From: Candidatus Kapaibacterium sp.
GTDB lineage: Bacteria > Bacteroidota > Ignavibacteria > Kapaibacteriales > Kapaibacteriaceae
DNA: 64,000 nucleotides
Direction of reading: 5' to 3'
Assembly: GCA_018883125.1 (NCBI GenBank)
Contig: VEQR01000005.1
Location: 689-64,688 of the forward strand
The notes beneath the pieces were generated by a model, which worked only from the letters and a program-made list of their open reading frames with translations, had not been told where the DNA came from and did not search any database. Of this stretch, positions 1 through 10,096 are shown in pieces. The translations under genes were made by a program, and so were the position numbers. Positions within the stretch are counted from its first letter, which is position 1. Every line of letters begins with the position of its first letter.

Positions 1-1
1 T

Positions 2-415
2 GATTTCGCTCATCACCCAACGGCGATCGCAGCAACGATCACCGCGCTTCGGCAGAAGTATCCGGCAGCGGGGATTCACGTGATCTTTGAACCGCGCTCC
101 AACACCACAACACGCAACTTCTTTCAACATGAGCTTAGCGCATGTTTCGATGGAGCATCATCGGTCTGTCTGGGACCGGTGAATCGCCCAGAACGGTATG
201 CTGAGCATGAACGCCTGGACACCACGAAACTTGTCGCGGAGATCAATGCCCGCGGCGTGGTCGCCACATCGATCGAAGCGCATCGTGCATCGGACCCGAC
301 ATGGGGCTCGGACGTCGTGAGTCTACTTACTGAACGCGTTCGCGCTGGCGACGTGATCGCGATTCTCAGCAACGGTAATGTGGGTGGACTGCGATCAATG
401 CTGACCAGTTGGTGA
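2..415 (+). CDS. mpl: UDP-N-acetylmuramate:L-alanyl-gamma-D-glutamyl-meso-diaminopimelate ligase (Mpl), C-terminal fragment; the 5' end lies outside the window
   Basis: Frame 2 is open from the window edge and reads DFAHHPTAIAATITALRQKYPAAGIHVIFEPRSNTTTRNF... This is a Mur-ligase C-terminal domain with the AHHP motif and EPRSNT, as recalled for Mpl. The ORF-track GTG at 80 is internal. Confidence 0.8.
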   Translation, partial: DFAHHPTAIAATITALRQKYPAAGIHVIFEPRSNTTTRNFFQHELSACFDGASSVCLGPVNRPERYAEHERLDTTKLVAEINARGVVATSIEAHRASDPTWGSDVVSLLTERVRAGDVIAILSNGNVGGLRSMLTSW

Positions 416-427
416 TCTGCTAGCCCC

Positions 428-3400
428 CTATCGCTGAATCCAGATCTTCCGCAGGACAGGTTCTGAATCTACTGCGGTGTTTACAACGCGGATGTAGTAA
501 AGGCCGGGTATGAGCGAGCGGCCGTCAGGCAGCCGCAGATCCCACTCGATTCCGCCAACCGCTGATGTGGTTGAGAGCTTGGTCAGCGGACTGAAGGCCG
601 CATCCAGAACTTCAATGGTCGATGATGCGGGCAGCCCGGCGATGGTCAGCGTTGAGTGCTGGCCCAGCAGAAGTGGCTGGGGATAGGCATAGACCGAAGT
701 AAGATCCTGCGCAAGAACAGTGAACAGCAGCGTTGCTCCAGCGCCGGTGGTCATGGGAGCACCATTGATCGATCGGATGCCCGAGGCAGTGATGGCATAG
801 GATGTACCTCGCGGGACAAGGGGCGACTCTGGCGCAAGGTCAAGGCGAACGGTACGTTCATCGATGGGTGAAACAACGGCTGCCTTGCCAGCAGGAGAAA
901 GTCGATAGTTGTCCGGTACACGGGCCGATCCATCGACATCGTCGCTGAAAGACACCACCAGTGTACTCGGCGAAAGGACTTTCACCGACGTCAGCGTAAT
1001 GTCTGCGACTGCATCCGGATCGGCCACAACCCGCAGATGCAATGTTGTGTCACCGACACCAGTCCCAGTTGCCAGGCGCAGACCACTGAGCTTCAGCGAT
1101 AGCGAGTCGCTCGGTTCAATACCAGGCATGGACACGACGATGTCGCGCGTAGTTCGTGACACAACTGAGCGTGCTGCAGACGCTGTGCCACCCGACGAAA
1201 CAAGACGTACGTTTTCTCGAAGCAGCGATGTGATGTCGAGATCATTCGAGGAAACAAGATGCAGCTGCAGGCCCGACCGACATTCAGACTCGCTCACGAA
1301 ATCCCGCTCGGGTGCAATTCGCACGTCATCGTCTCCACGAAAGACCGTGACGATGTTTGATGATTCGGTAAGTGCATTCGGTGAACTCACAACTGCACGC
1401 ACAACAAACCGCACAATTGGTCCATCCAGGTCAGCACCGCCAAGTGTGAGGGTGTTTGCTGTGGTTGTCCCCATACGTCGGAACGCCCCTCCGGGCAATG
1501 CCTGAAAGAGGACACATTCGGTGGATGGCGCTGCCGTAAACCAGTCAAGCACCAAGCTGTCACGCACCCAGCGTGCACGCAACGACATCGGAACGGCCAC
1601 CGTAGCCGCGGGGAGTGCTTGGGTAAAGGCGAAGGAGGTCATCGCACCAACTTCGCTGCTAGTTATGCCGTAGCCGAGTTCATTGCGTCCATCAGCATTG
1701 ATATCGTGCACGAGAACACGAGGCGATGCCACATCACTGATGAATCGTTTGCAGGCGATCTCCGCATCGCTTCCGGCCGAAGACCTGCCGAAGACATACA
1801 ATCGAGGGAATGCACAGAGGATCATTTCCTGTCCAGGAAGATCATCAAGCTGACCAATTGCAACCCCGTTGCGATAACCTATGCCATAGCGAACACCCGC
1901 AATGCGCTCGCTCCACACGGATGCGTATGCATCGTTACCTGTTGATTGCAGCAGTGTGTACGTCCAGAGTGACCGCCCGTAATCACCATTCCCATCGGCC
2001 TCGGTATCATCTGGAACACCAAACAGCACATCCGGTCTTCCGTCGCCGGTGACGTCGCCACTGGTAACGAAGCCCGAGCCCCCTGCTCCTTGACTGGTCA
2101 TGGTATGCGTTACGGCGAACGACGTGCCGGTCCATTCAGCAATCACAAGGTCACCATCGGTATCACCAAAGGCAATCTCCATGCGGCCATCACCATCGAA
2201 ATCACCAGAGCCGATGCTTATCTCGTCAACACGATTGCGGGCATTATTGATGGCAGGGGGCGTAGGGTTCTCTACAGACCCCAGCAGTCGGAATGTTGAG
2301 CCGGAAAAGGCGAACACCTGAACGCCGTCATCAGCAAGGGCAAGGATCTCCTGGCGACCATCACCATCGATGTCGGCCATACCGGCAGCGTTCAGCTCAC
2401 CGGTGGTGTCGGCAAAGATCACCGTCGAAAACGGACTTCCGTCCTGTTGCTGTTGTTCAAGAAGTACGACCTTGCCAACGCTATGAACAAGCACATCCAG
2501 CAGACCGTTGCCGTTAGCGTCGCCGATCCCTCGCGGGATGTACACGTCGGGTATGGAGTCGCGCGTTGTCCACGTGCCGTTCACCAGCTGACGCGTAACA
2601 AGTCCACCGAAACTTCCGTTCGTGAGATCGCACATTACCGCCGTTGGCACTCCATCGCGATAGACGTCGCGCATATCATTGAGCACGTACCCGGTCCACG
2701 GCGCACTGCCAACAGAGCGCCATGCGGCATCAGCACCAGCCCCCTGGGAAGCAGAGTCAAGAAGAATCGATGTGTCACGAGCCACACCAACATCCGGTGC
2801 GCAGCGCAGAAGTACACGTCGCTCCCGAGGCGACACAACGGTATCCGGCACAATCATGCTATGACGTCGCGACCGACGCGTCGATTCACTGAGAGTACCA
2901 GCGCCATCACCCGTGAGAAGCGCGCAGGAGCAGGGCCGATTCGTCGTCACCGTCACAACCGACGTTCGTCGATCGGTCTTCCATGCCGATACAACCTCCG
3001 TAGCGATCATGGCAAATCGCGAGCTGTCGACCAGACGAATACGCCGAAACACATCCAACGAGCGCCCGTCACTACTGAGCACGCGCACGCGCAGCGTTAC
3101 AAGCTGACTGTCGGTCTGTGGCAGCCGCACTCGGGCGATCATCCCATCACGCACTGCTGTGGGTGAGGTGGAGACAGTTGTCCATGTGCGAGGCGCGAGT
3201 CCCTCACCCCAGGCGATCTCGGTTCCCGCAAAGCTTGCAAGCATCGTGCTGCCAGTTACGTCGATCTGTGGCGTGCGTGATGGGTCGATCTCGACTTCAT
3301 TCACCGGCGAGGTGATCTCCACGCAACTCCAAGCCCCTTCGCTCAGAGCAGCATCAGCCTGCAACAGCCCGGCACCAAAGAGATCATCCCAACCAGGCTG

Positions 3401-4672
3401 GCCAAGATCCAGCGAGCGTTGTTGGAGCGTTGCTCTGATGTTGCTTATAGGCATTGCCGGAAAGCGCTCGCGCATCATGGCGATGGTCGCTGCCACGTAG
3501 GGGGCTGAGAAGGACGTTCCGTTTACCGAACGGTAGCGTGACCCCACGGACGTTGTAACGATGGCCTGTCCGGGCGCACTCAGGGCAACAAGTGGTCCAC
3601 TGGATGAGAACGGCGAGCGCCTGTTCTCATCATTCGTGGACGCCACGACAATGACCTCGTCATAGCCCGCAGGGAACTGACGGGAGATCGTGCCGGTGTT
3701 TCCAACCGAAGCCACCAAGACGCATCCTCGTGCATTGGCATAGCGCACAGCATCGCGCATCAGCGGCGAATCAACGCCATCGCCAAAGCTCATGTTGATC
3801 ACATCAACGCCCTGCTGGGCAAGATAGACGATGGCCGTGGCGATGTCATCCTCTTCCGCATTACCCGTGGCATCGAAGGCTCTGACGATGCGCAAGCGTG
3901 CATCATAGGCTAGGCCGGCGATACCCTTTCGGTTATTAGGTGTAGCGGCGATGACGCCCCCTACCAGCGTTCCATGACCCTGCTCATCGAAGGGGATCGG
4001 ATCGTATTGCCGATCATCACCAAGGTTACGAACGCTTTGGTCGACCACGTCGATGCCGATCACATCGTCAACCACACCGTTACCGTCATTGTCTATTCCG
4101 TCGAGATCGCCGGAGACGCCACCGAGAGTGTCTGTTGAAGCCCATGGCTCGAATCGGCGGTTCCCGTTGCGATCTTCCTTCGACGAAATATCGAGCGCAT
4201 CAACCAGATCTTCATGCGTCCAATCGATACCGGTATCGATGATACCGACAACGGTTCCCTTCCCTGTTGCGCGCGCCCATGCTTTAGCAGCCCCAATTCG
4301 ATGTAACGCGTACTGACGCATAGCCAGAGAATCATCTGTCAGGGCAGCGTCATGAAGTCGAAATCGAGTCAGGGGGCGAACCGATTCCACTCCCGGAACA
4401 TTCACCAGTGCAGAAGGGTCGGCATCGTCGGGGATGACGACGACCACGTATCGCTGAAGACGCGCCAGAAGCCGGAGCTCCTCGGAGCTCTGTTGCCGCT
4501 CATCAGACTTCACCGTTGAGAGCATCGCGGCAATTGCTGCTCGTGGCGCGCTTGCGAGCAGCGCTTTGGGAAGTTGCGTCTGAGGTGCCAGCTGCACAAC
4601 GAAGCGCTTCTGCGCCTGACTGCATGCAGCAGACAGGAGCAGCAGAACAATGATCAATGACCAGCGGTTCAT
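428..4672 (-). CDS. Secreted S8 (subtilisin-family) serine protease fused to FG-GAP/VCBS-like repeats and a T9SS C-terminal sorting domain
   Basis: Triad motifs are GIIDTGID (D146), GHGTLVGG (H233) and NGTSFSAPYVAA (S387). Repeats include DIDGDGRQEI, GDFDGDGRMEIAFGD, GDVTGDGRPDVLFG and HDINADGRNELG. The N-terminus has a signal peptide (LLLLSAACSQ). The C-terminal ~80 aa (...YAYPQP...GLYYIRV...) resembles a T9SS CTD. Confidence 0.85.
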   Translation of the reverse strand: MNRWSLIIVLLLLSAACSQAQKRFVVQLAPQTQLPKALLASAPRAAIAAMLSTVKSDERQQSSEELRLLARLQRYVVVVIPDDADPSALVNVPGVESVRPLTRFRLHDAALTDDSLAMRQYALHRIGAAKAWARATGKGTVVGIIDTGIDWTHEDLVDALDISSKEDRNGNRRFEPWASTDTLGGVSGDLDGIDNDGNGVVDDVIGIDVVDQSVRNLGDDRQYDPIPFDEQGHGTLVGGVIAATPNNRKGIAGLAYDARLRIVRAFDATGNAEEDDIATAIVYLAQQGVDVINMSFGDGVDSPLMRDAVRYANARGCVLVASVGNTGTISRQFPAGYDEVIVVASTNDENRRSPFSSSGPLVALSAPGQAIVTTSVGSRYRSVNGTSFSAPYVAATIAMMRERFPAMPISNIRATLQQRSLDLGQPGWDDLFGAGLLQADAALSEGAWSCVEITSPVNEVEIDPSRTPQIDVTGSTMLASFAGTEIAWGEGLAPRTWTTVSTSPTAVRDGMIARVRLPQTDSQLVTLRVRVLSSDGRSLDVFRRIRLVDSSRFAMIATEVVSAWKTDRRTSVVTVTTNRPCSCALLTGDGAGTLSESTRRSRRHSMIVPDTVVSPRERRVLLRCAPDVGVARDTSILLDSASQGAGADAAWRSVGSAPWTGYVLNDMRDVYRDGVPTAVMCDLTNGSFGGLVTRQLVNGTWTTRDSIPDVYIPRGIGDANGNGLLDVLVHSVGKVVLLEQQQQDGSPFSTVIFADTTGELNAAGMADIDGDGRQEILALADDGVQVFAFSGSTFRLLGSVENPTPPAINNARNRVDEISIGSGDFDGDGRMEIAFGDTDGDLVIAEWTGTSFAVTHTMTSQGAGGSGFVTSGDVTGDGRPDVLFGVPDDTEADGNGDYGRSLWTYTLLQSTGNDAYASVWSERIAGVRYGIGYRNGVAIGQLDDLPGQEMILCAFPRLYVFGRSSAGSDAEIACKRFISDVASPRVLVHDINADGRNELGYGITSSEVGAMTSFAFTQALPAATVAVPMSLRARWVRDSLVLDWFTAAPSTECVLFQALPGGAFRRMGTTTANTLTLGGADLDGPIVRFVVRAVVSSPNALTESSNIVTVFRGDDDVRIAPERDFVSESECRSGLQLHLVSSNDLDITSLLRENVRLVSSGGTASAARSVVSRTTRDIVVSMPGIEPSDSLSLKLSGLRLATGTGVGDTTLHLRVVADPDAVADITLTSVKVLSPSTLVVSFSDDVDGSARVPDNYRLSPAGKAAVVSPIDERTVRLDLAPESPLVPRGTSYAITASGIRSINGAPMTTGAGATLLFTVLAQDLTSVYAYPQPLLLGQHSTLTIAGLPASSTIEVLDAAFSPLTKLSTTSAVGGIEWDLRLPDGRSLIPGLYYIRVVNTAVDSEPVLRKIWIQR

Positions 4673-4680
4673 AACGGCAA

Positions 4681-7332
4681 CTACAGACCAGTGGTGGAAA
4701 GATCGCGTCGGGCAAACGCCAGGGCTAGTCTCAGCATCGGCAGATCGGTATCGGTCTGAAGATGCTCGCGCACATGGCGGATCTTCGCATATCGATGGTA
4801 TCGAACATACTCAAGAACCTGGGTATAGAGTTCCTCATCAACAAGACGCCCCCTTTCGGGCAGCTTTCCTTGCTCGAGAAGATCTTCCAAAGTTCGCGCC
4901 ACGGTTGCGGCACTCATGCCCGCATTGTGCACGATGTCGGCAAAGGTGACGCCATTCTTCTGCAGAAGTTCTTGGATAATCTTGGTGGAAGGGGGCGTTT
5001 CAGCCGCACGAGGTTGGTTGCTCCGAACGTCTCGTAATGCCTCAAGAACATCTTTGCCATGCTGTGCCAGAAAGAGTCCACTGCCATGCGCACCCGGCTT
5101 CAGCTGGGCAAATGACTCCGGCGCATCTCGGGCAATCCGGCCGAGTTCCTCATCGCTCACAAGCGCCTGCATTGCTGCGCCGGCCTGCTGGGATAGACGC
5201 TCTCGCATGGCAACAAGAGCACCGAGCCGCTCACGGACTGCTTCATCGAATGTGTCATCAGAAGGAGAAAACGATTGCGGTGGACGCTCTCGACGCAGGT
5301 CAAGCGGCCTCACATGGTCATCGGTCAAGGCGAGCCCCTCTTCCGTGGCCCCGATGGTTGGATAGAGATCCGCGCTTCTCACCAGCCAACCACGATCAAG
5401 AGCTTCATCGATCGCTTCAAGCACCTCGGCGCGGCTGCGGTCGCGGAATGCGCCCCAGTATCGTGCGCGATCAAGACGGTACTCACGAACCTTGTCCGAT
5501 AGTACACCACGCACGACATCTGCCACCACGTGACGTCCAAAGCGTCCACGAAGCTGCCACGCCACCCCGACGGCGGCATGGATGATCGGCGCTTGGCGGG
5601 CCGATGGCTCGGCATGGCGCGGCTGTTGTTGACACGACGAACACCGTCCACAGCGAAGCATCCCGCTGGCATCACCGAAGTAGGAGAGAATGTAGTTCTG
5701 TTTGCACTGACGCGTCTCGGCATAGCCGATCATGACCTCTAGCTTCTGGTTGGCCCGGGCACGTCGCTCGTGTATCGCAGCAAAATCAACGGGAAGTTCA
5801 TTCGGTGCTAAACGAGGACCAAGCACCACCAAGCCCCCTCCACTTTGCGGCGGACGGTAGCGGATAAGCTGAGCCATGTGCATTGCCCCGAGGGCCGACG
5901 CAAGCTCAGCGGCAGCCACGTCGCTACGACGAAGTAGTTCGGAAAGGGGCACGTCGATCTCGCTACCAACGTCAAGGTGGCGGATCTGACGCACGACAAG
6001 CTCAGTGGCTGCCCGTCGTTCTTCAGCCACTGACCTGATGAAACTATCCAACCGTGCGTGCGACGTTCGAAGCTGAATGCGCGCCTGACCATGAGCCGTG
6101 GTGCGGATGACAAGTCCAGCACGTTCCAGAGCCGCCAGTGAGCCATTGACCAGAGCTACCGAGATATGCAGACTGGCCGCAATACTCGTGGCATCGGCCA
6201 TGACGGGATCCGAGCTCGACACACCGATGGCTACACCGAGGCGCTCTGCGATGGATCCATACACAGCGCGAACGTTCTCGGGCTCGGGATACGTTCCGGC
6301 GATGAAGAAGTCCATCAGCCGTCGGTCTTCCGACTGATACAACAAGACGCATTCTGCCGCTTTCCCGTCGCGCCCGGCACGACCTGCTTCCTGGTAGTAG
6401 GCTTCAAGTGTCTGCGTCAGATCGCAGTGGATAACCGCGCGCACATTGGCTTTGTCGATGCCCATTCCAAAAGCATTCGTGGCTACCAGAACGTCAACCG
6501 CTCCGGATATGAACTGCTCCTGAACGTCTGATCGTCTCTCGGGAGGAAGTCCGGCATGATATGCCTGCACGCCAACACCGCGCTTGCGGAGTTCATCGGC
6601 AACGGTCTCAACGCGTCGGCGTGAACCGCAGTAAACGATGATGCTTTCGGCGGGATGCGAACGGACGCGTCGGGTGATGTACTCAACTTTCGAGGCAGTT
6701 GGCTCAACGTTGAACGTGAGATTCGGCCGATGGAATCCGCGCACGATCTCAAGCGGATCCCTCAGTGAAAGCGCCGTTGAGATATCCCGCCGCACGTCCG
6801 GCGTGGCAGTGGCCGTGAGCGCAACAATAGGTACGCGAGATCGATGGTCGAATATCGATGGAATTCGACGGTAGCTCGGACGAAAGTCGTGTCCCCACTC
6901 GCTGACGCAGTGAGCTTCGTCAACGGCCACAAGGCTCAAGGGGATCGGTTGCAGCGCTCGTCGGAAGGAGTCAGATTCCAGTCGCTCCGGAGCAACGTAG
7001 AGAAGCTTCAGTTTTCCAGATTGGGCCTGACGCAGTATCGCATTGATCTGATCCTCCTGAAGGCCCGAGTGCAGACTTGCCGCTGCTATGCCGCGCTCAG
7101 CAAGGCGCTGCGTTTGGTCCTGCATTAGAGCAATCAGCGGTGAGATCACCAGCGTAACGTGCGGAAAGATGAGCGCCGGAATCTGGTAGCACAGAGACTT
7201 CCCGCCCCCTGTCGGAAGCACACCAACAACATCACGACCGGAGAGAACGGCGCGCACAAGGTCTGCCTGCCCATCTCGGAAATCGGCATGTCCGAAGACA
7301 TCGCGCAGGATGGATCGTGCACGTTCGAACAT
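4681..7332 (-). CDS. recQ: RecQ-family ATP-dependent DNA helicase, long form (883 aa) with an internal insertion, an HRDC-like region and a C-terminal HTH-like extension
   Basis: Motifs include FRDGQ, PTGGGKSLCYQIPAL (Walker A), DEAHCVSEWGHDFRPSY (DEAH) and the Zn-finger CKQNYILSYFGD...CGRCSSC. Confidence 0.9.
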   Translation of the reverse strand: MFERARSILRDVFGHADFRDGQADLVRAVLSGRDVVGVLPTGGGKSLCYQIPALIFPHVTLVISPLIALMQDQTQRLAERGIAAASLHSGLQEDQINAILRQAQSGKLKLLYVAPERLESDSFRRALQPIPLSLVAVDEAHCVSEWGHDFRPSYRRIPSIFDHRSRVPIVALTATATPDVRRDISTALSLRDPLEIVRGFHRPNLTFNVEPTASKVEYITRRVRSHPAESIIVYCGSRRRVETVADELRKRGVGVQAYHAGLPPERRSDVQEQFISGAVDVLVATNAFGMGIDKANVRAVIHCDLTQTLEAYYQEAGRAGRDGKAAECVLLYQSEDRRLMDFFIAGTYPEPENVRAVYGSIAERLGVAIGVSSSDPVMADATSIAASLHISVALVNGSLAALERAGLVIRTTAHGQARIQLRTSHARLDSFIRSVAEERRAATELVVRQIRHLDVGSEIDVPLSELLRRSDVAAAELASALGAMHMAQLIRYRPPQSGGGLVVLGPRLAPNELPVDFAAIHERRARANQKLEVMIGYAETRQCKQNYILSYFGDASGMLRCGRCSSCQQQPRHAEPSARQAPIIHAAVGVAWQLRGRFGRHVVADVVRGVLSDKVREYRLDRARYWGAFRDRSRAEVLEAIDEALDRGWLVRSADLYPTIGATEEGLALTDDHVRPLDLRRERPPQSFSPSDDTFDEAVRERLGALVAMRERLSQQAGAAMQALVSDEELGRIARDAPESFAQLKPGAHGSGLFLAQHGKDVLEALRDVRSNQPRAAETPPSTKIIQELLQKNGVTFADIVHNAGMSAATVARTLEDLLEQGKLPERGRLVDEELYTQVLEYVRYHRYAKIRHVREHLQTDTDLPMLRLALAFARRDLSTTGL

Positions 7333-7349
7333 GGCTGGGTGCTGATGCG

Positions 7350-8339
7350 TTATGCCGAGGCAACGCGGCCGACCACAAAGGATCCGGCGCTTTGCGTGCG
7401 ACGCAGCACGTCATCGGCGTTGTCCGGATGAACAACCATGATCATACCAACGCCAAGGTTGAAGACGTGACGCATTTCATCATCGGCAATGTTGCCAGCA
7501 TGCTGAATCAGGCGGAAGATCTCCGGCGTTAACCATGAGCCCCATTGAATATCAAGGGCCTGACCCGGCTGAAGGATCCTGGATGTGTTGCCCACGATTC
7601 CCCCACCGGTGATATGCGACAAGCCGGAGAGAAGTCCAGCGTCGAGAAGGGGCTCCATCACACGCAGATACGAGCGATGCACGGCCAGCAAAGCATCCCC
7701 GACCGTTGTGCCGAGTGCATCTACATACTGATCCACGCGATACGTCGGGAAGAGTGCTGCCCGAGCAAGAGAGAATCCATTGGTGTGCAGTCCGGTCGAT
7801 GGCAGACCGATCAGGACGTCACCCACCGCAACACGGCTGCCGTTGAGGATCTTCGGCTTATCGACAACACCAACAATCGTTCCGGCTACATCGTAGTCGC
7901 CATCCTTGTAGAGTGATGGCATTTCGGCCGTCTCTCCACCAAGGAGCGCAGCACCGTTCTGACCGCAGGCTTCGGCGATTCCTTTGATCACGTCTCGCGC
8001 CACACCGCGCTCAAGACGCCCGGTGGCAAAGTAGTCGAGAAAGAACAAGGGGCGAGCGCCGCACGCGAGGATGTCGTTCACGCAATGGTTCACCAGACAC
8101 TGGCCAACCGTGTCGTGCTTTTCCGCCATGATGGCCACGTTGAGCTTTGTTCCAACGCCATCGGTGCTGGCCACCAGCACAGGGTGCTCAAGCGTCGGAA
8201 ACCGCGCATCGAAAAAGCCGCCAAACAGACCGATCTCACTCAGCACGCCCGGCGTACGTGTGGCTTTCACAAAGGGCTTGATATCATCAACGAGGGCTTC
8301 GCCCGCTTCGATGTCAACGCCGGCTGATTTGTAATCCAT
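7350..8339 (-). CDS. purM: Phosphoribosylformylglycinamidine cyclo-ligase (AIR synthetase)
   Basis: MDYKSAGVDIEAGEALV... and LVASTDGVGTKL are typical of PurM. The 329-aa length also fits. Confidence 0.93.
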   Translation of the reverse strand: MDYKSAGVDIEAGEALVDDIKPFVKATRTPGVLSEIGLFGGFFDARFPTLEHPVLVASTDGVGTKLNVAIMAEKHDTVGQCLVNHCVNDILACGARPLFFLDYFATGRLERGVARDVIKGIAEACGQNGAALLGGETAEMPSLYKDGDYDVAGTIVGVVDKPKILNGSRVAVGDVLIGLPSTGLHTNGFSLARAALFPTYRVDQYVDALGTTVGDALLAVHRSYLRVMEPLLDAGLLSGLSHITGGGIVGNTSRILQPGQALDIQWGSWLTPEIFRLIQHAGNIADDEMRHVFNLGVGMIMVVHPDNADDVLRRTQSAGSFVVGRVASA

Positions 8340-8369
8340 AATGCTTGGACGTGGCTGAGGTTGTGAGAA

Positions 8370-9125
8370 TTACCGGACCGGCTCCCATTCGTCCGACGTG
8401 GAGCGCCCCCTGAATAGGACGCTCAGGCCGTTAATGGTCCACGACCAGATAACCCGAAAATACCCAAACTTGCGGAACCGTCTCGGCGACTCATACACAA
8501 GCAGCTCACGGGCAAACAGTACGCGACCTTTCATGCCTATGCGGGCTAGAAGATCGAAATCCTCGCCGGCAACGAGATGCGTTTTGTAGCCCCCGACCGA
8601 CATAAACATCTTCCGTCGAACGACCTGACATTCGCCACGCCCGGCACCGATCCGGAGCATGGAAAGCAGTCTGACGTAGTTGTTATAGTAGCCATGAAAC
8701 AGGCGGTCGGCAAAACGCTCATCGGACGGGACAAATCGCACCGGACAGGCAAGAGCCGAAGCTCGTGAGTATGGTCCGCGCCGACGGGCAAAGTCTTCCA
8801 ACGTCCGCGTAAACTCATCAAGGTGCGCTGGCATCGTGTCTCCATTGATAAAGACCAGCACCTCTCCGCGCGCCTGTTGAGCCCCCTGATTTCGTCCCTC
8901 GGCGATGGTCTGGCGTCGGCCCTCGGTGTGCACCACCACGTGGTCGGCATGACGCCGCGCGATCTCAAGCGTAGCGTCCGTGCTGCCGCCGTCGCTCACG
9001 ATCAGCTCTGCCGCATGGTCACGCCGCCATTGCGGACTAAACACTCTAAGCGTGGCATCCAGGAGCTTCTCTTCCTGGAGGGTTGGCACGATTACGCTAA
9101 TCGCGATAGGCGACGCGACATTCAC
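8370..9125 (-). CDS. Family 2 glycosyltransferase
   Basis: ISVIVPTLQEE...SDGGSTDAT...VLVFINGDT matches a GT2 fold with a DxD-like motif. The GTG start overlaps the upstream stop (GTGA). Confidence 0.75.
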   Translation of the reverse strand: MNVASPIAISVIVPTLQEEKLLDATLRVFSPQWRRDHAAELIVSDGGSTDATLEIARRHADHVVVHTEGRRQTIAEGRNQGAQQARGEVLVFINGDTMPAHLDEFTRTLEDFARRRGPYSRASALACPVRFVPSDERFADRLFHGYYNNYVRLLSMLRIGAGRGECQVVRRKMFMSVGGYKTHLVAGEDFDLLARIGMKGRVLFARELLVYESPRRFRKFGYFRVIWSWTINGLSVLFRGRSTSDEWEPVR

Positions 9126-10096
9126 AGCGGCACCACAACGGCAAACGGATACAGCACGGCAAAGCGCACACCATCATCGCCGAACTCAAGGGTGGGGCCC
9201 GGAATGCGAATGTAATTCAGTCCCTGACGCACGTAGTTGAGCACACCGATGGATGATTCCGGGATGATCTTCAACCAGTCATAGTCGATTCCGATCATCA
9301 TTCGACGTTTCACCGGTAGCATCGCACCGGTCGCGGGATCTCGCACTTCATAGTCCCGGCAGCCATAGCCAACACTGATGGTCATCCAGTCCGGCCAGTG
9401 CACTGCCAACGACGCGGGGAGCATATTCTCCACATTGAAGTTCAGCCAGAACGTCGTAGCGTTATAGTCGTCGAAGATGGTCAGGGGGCGTTCGGTCGTT
9501 GCCCTGTCACCAACAAGGTGTGCCGGCACATAGCTCCACCGCGGCGTCACATTCTGAAGGGCTGGCACTAGGTTGCGCGCCGCATAGAAAGCTGCGCCTG
9601 TAAGGTTCGAAAGCGCGTCAGACGGCGAGAAGCCCCAAGTAACCGCATAGCCATCCTGGATCTCCACCATCGTCATATATGCAAGACCCACGGATGCACC
9701 GAGCCATGTTGATGTGGTGTAGTCAAAGCCACACTCCATAAGGGCATCACCCATGATCGTGCTCATGGTGAAACCCGTAAAAAAGTGTCCGGCCTTATCG
9801 AGATAGCGCGCATAGTCACCATCCTCCTGCACATGGAACGAACCATTGCGCTCCCACCAGGAGTTGGACATCTGCATCTGCAGGCCCACGATGAGTCCGG
9901 TATAGGCAGTACCGATGATGGCTGTTGGCACCAGCTGTACGTCTGTGACCCGACGAGGAGTACTGCCGGTGAAGGTATATCGTGGGCGTCCAGCATCGGT
10001 AAACTCTGCACGCGATAGATACAACGAGTCGTTGATCTGAGCCGATGCAACCGTTGCTGCAAGCACCAGTGCGGACAACCAGGTGTTACATTTCAT
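9122..10096 (-). CDS. Secreted hypothetical protein, possibly DUF2279-like
   Basis: The N-terminus has a signal peptide (LSALVLAATVASAQ). DKAGHFFTGF resembles the DUF2279 DK.xH motif as I recall it. The function call is weak. Confidence 0.55.
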   Translation of the reverse strand: MKCNTWLSALVLAATVASAQINDSLYLSRAEFTDAGRPRYTFTGSTPRRVTDVQLVPTAIIGTAYTGLIVGLQMQMSNSWWERNGSFHVQEDGDYARYLDKAGHFFTGFTMSTIMGDALMECGFDYTTSTWLGASVGLAYMTMVEIQDGYAVTWGFSPSDALSNLTGAAFYAARNLVPALQNVTPRWSYVPAHLVGDRATTERPLTIFDDYNATTFWLNFNVENMLPASLAVHWPDWMTISVGYGCRDYEVRDPATGAMLPVKRRMMIGIDYDWLKIIPESSIGVLNYVRQGLNYIRIPGPTLEFGDDGVRFAVLYPFAVVVPL

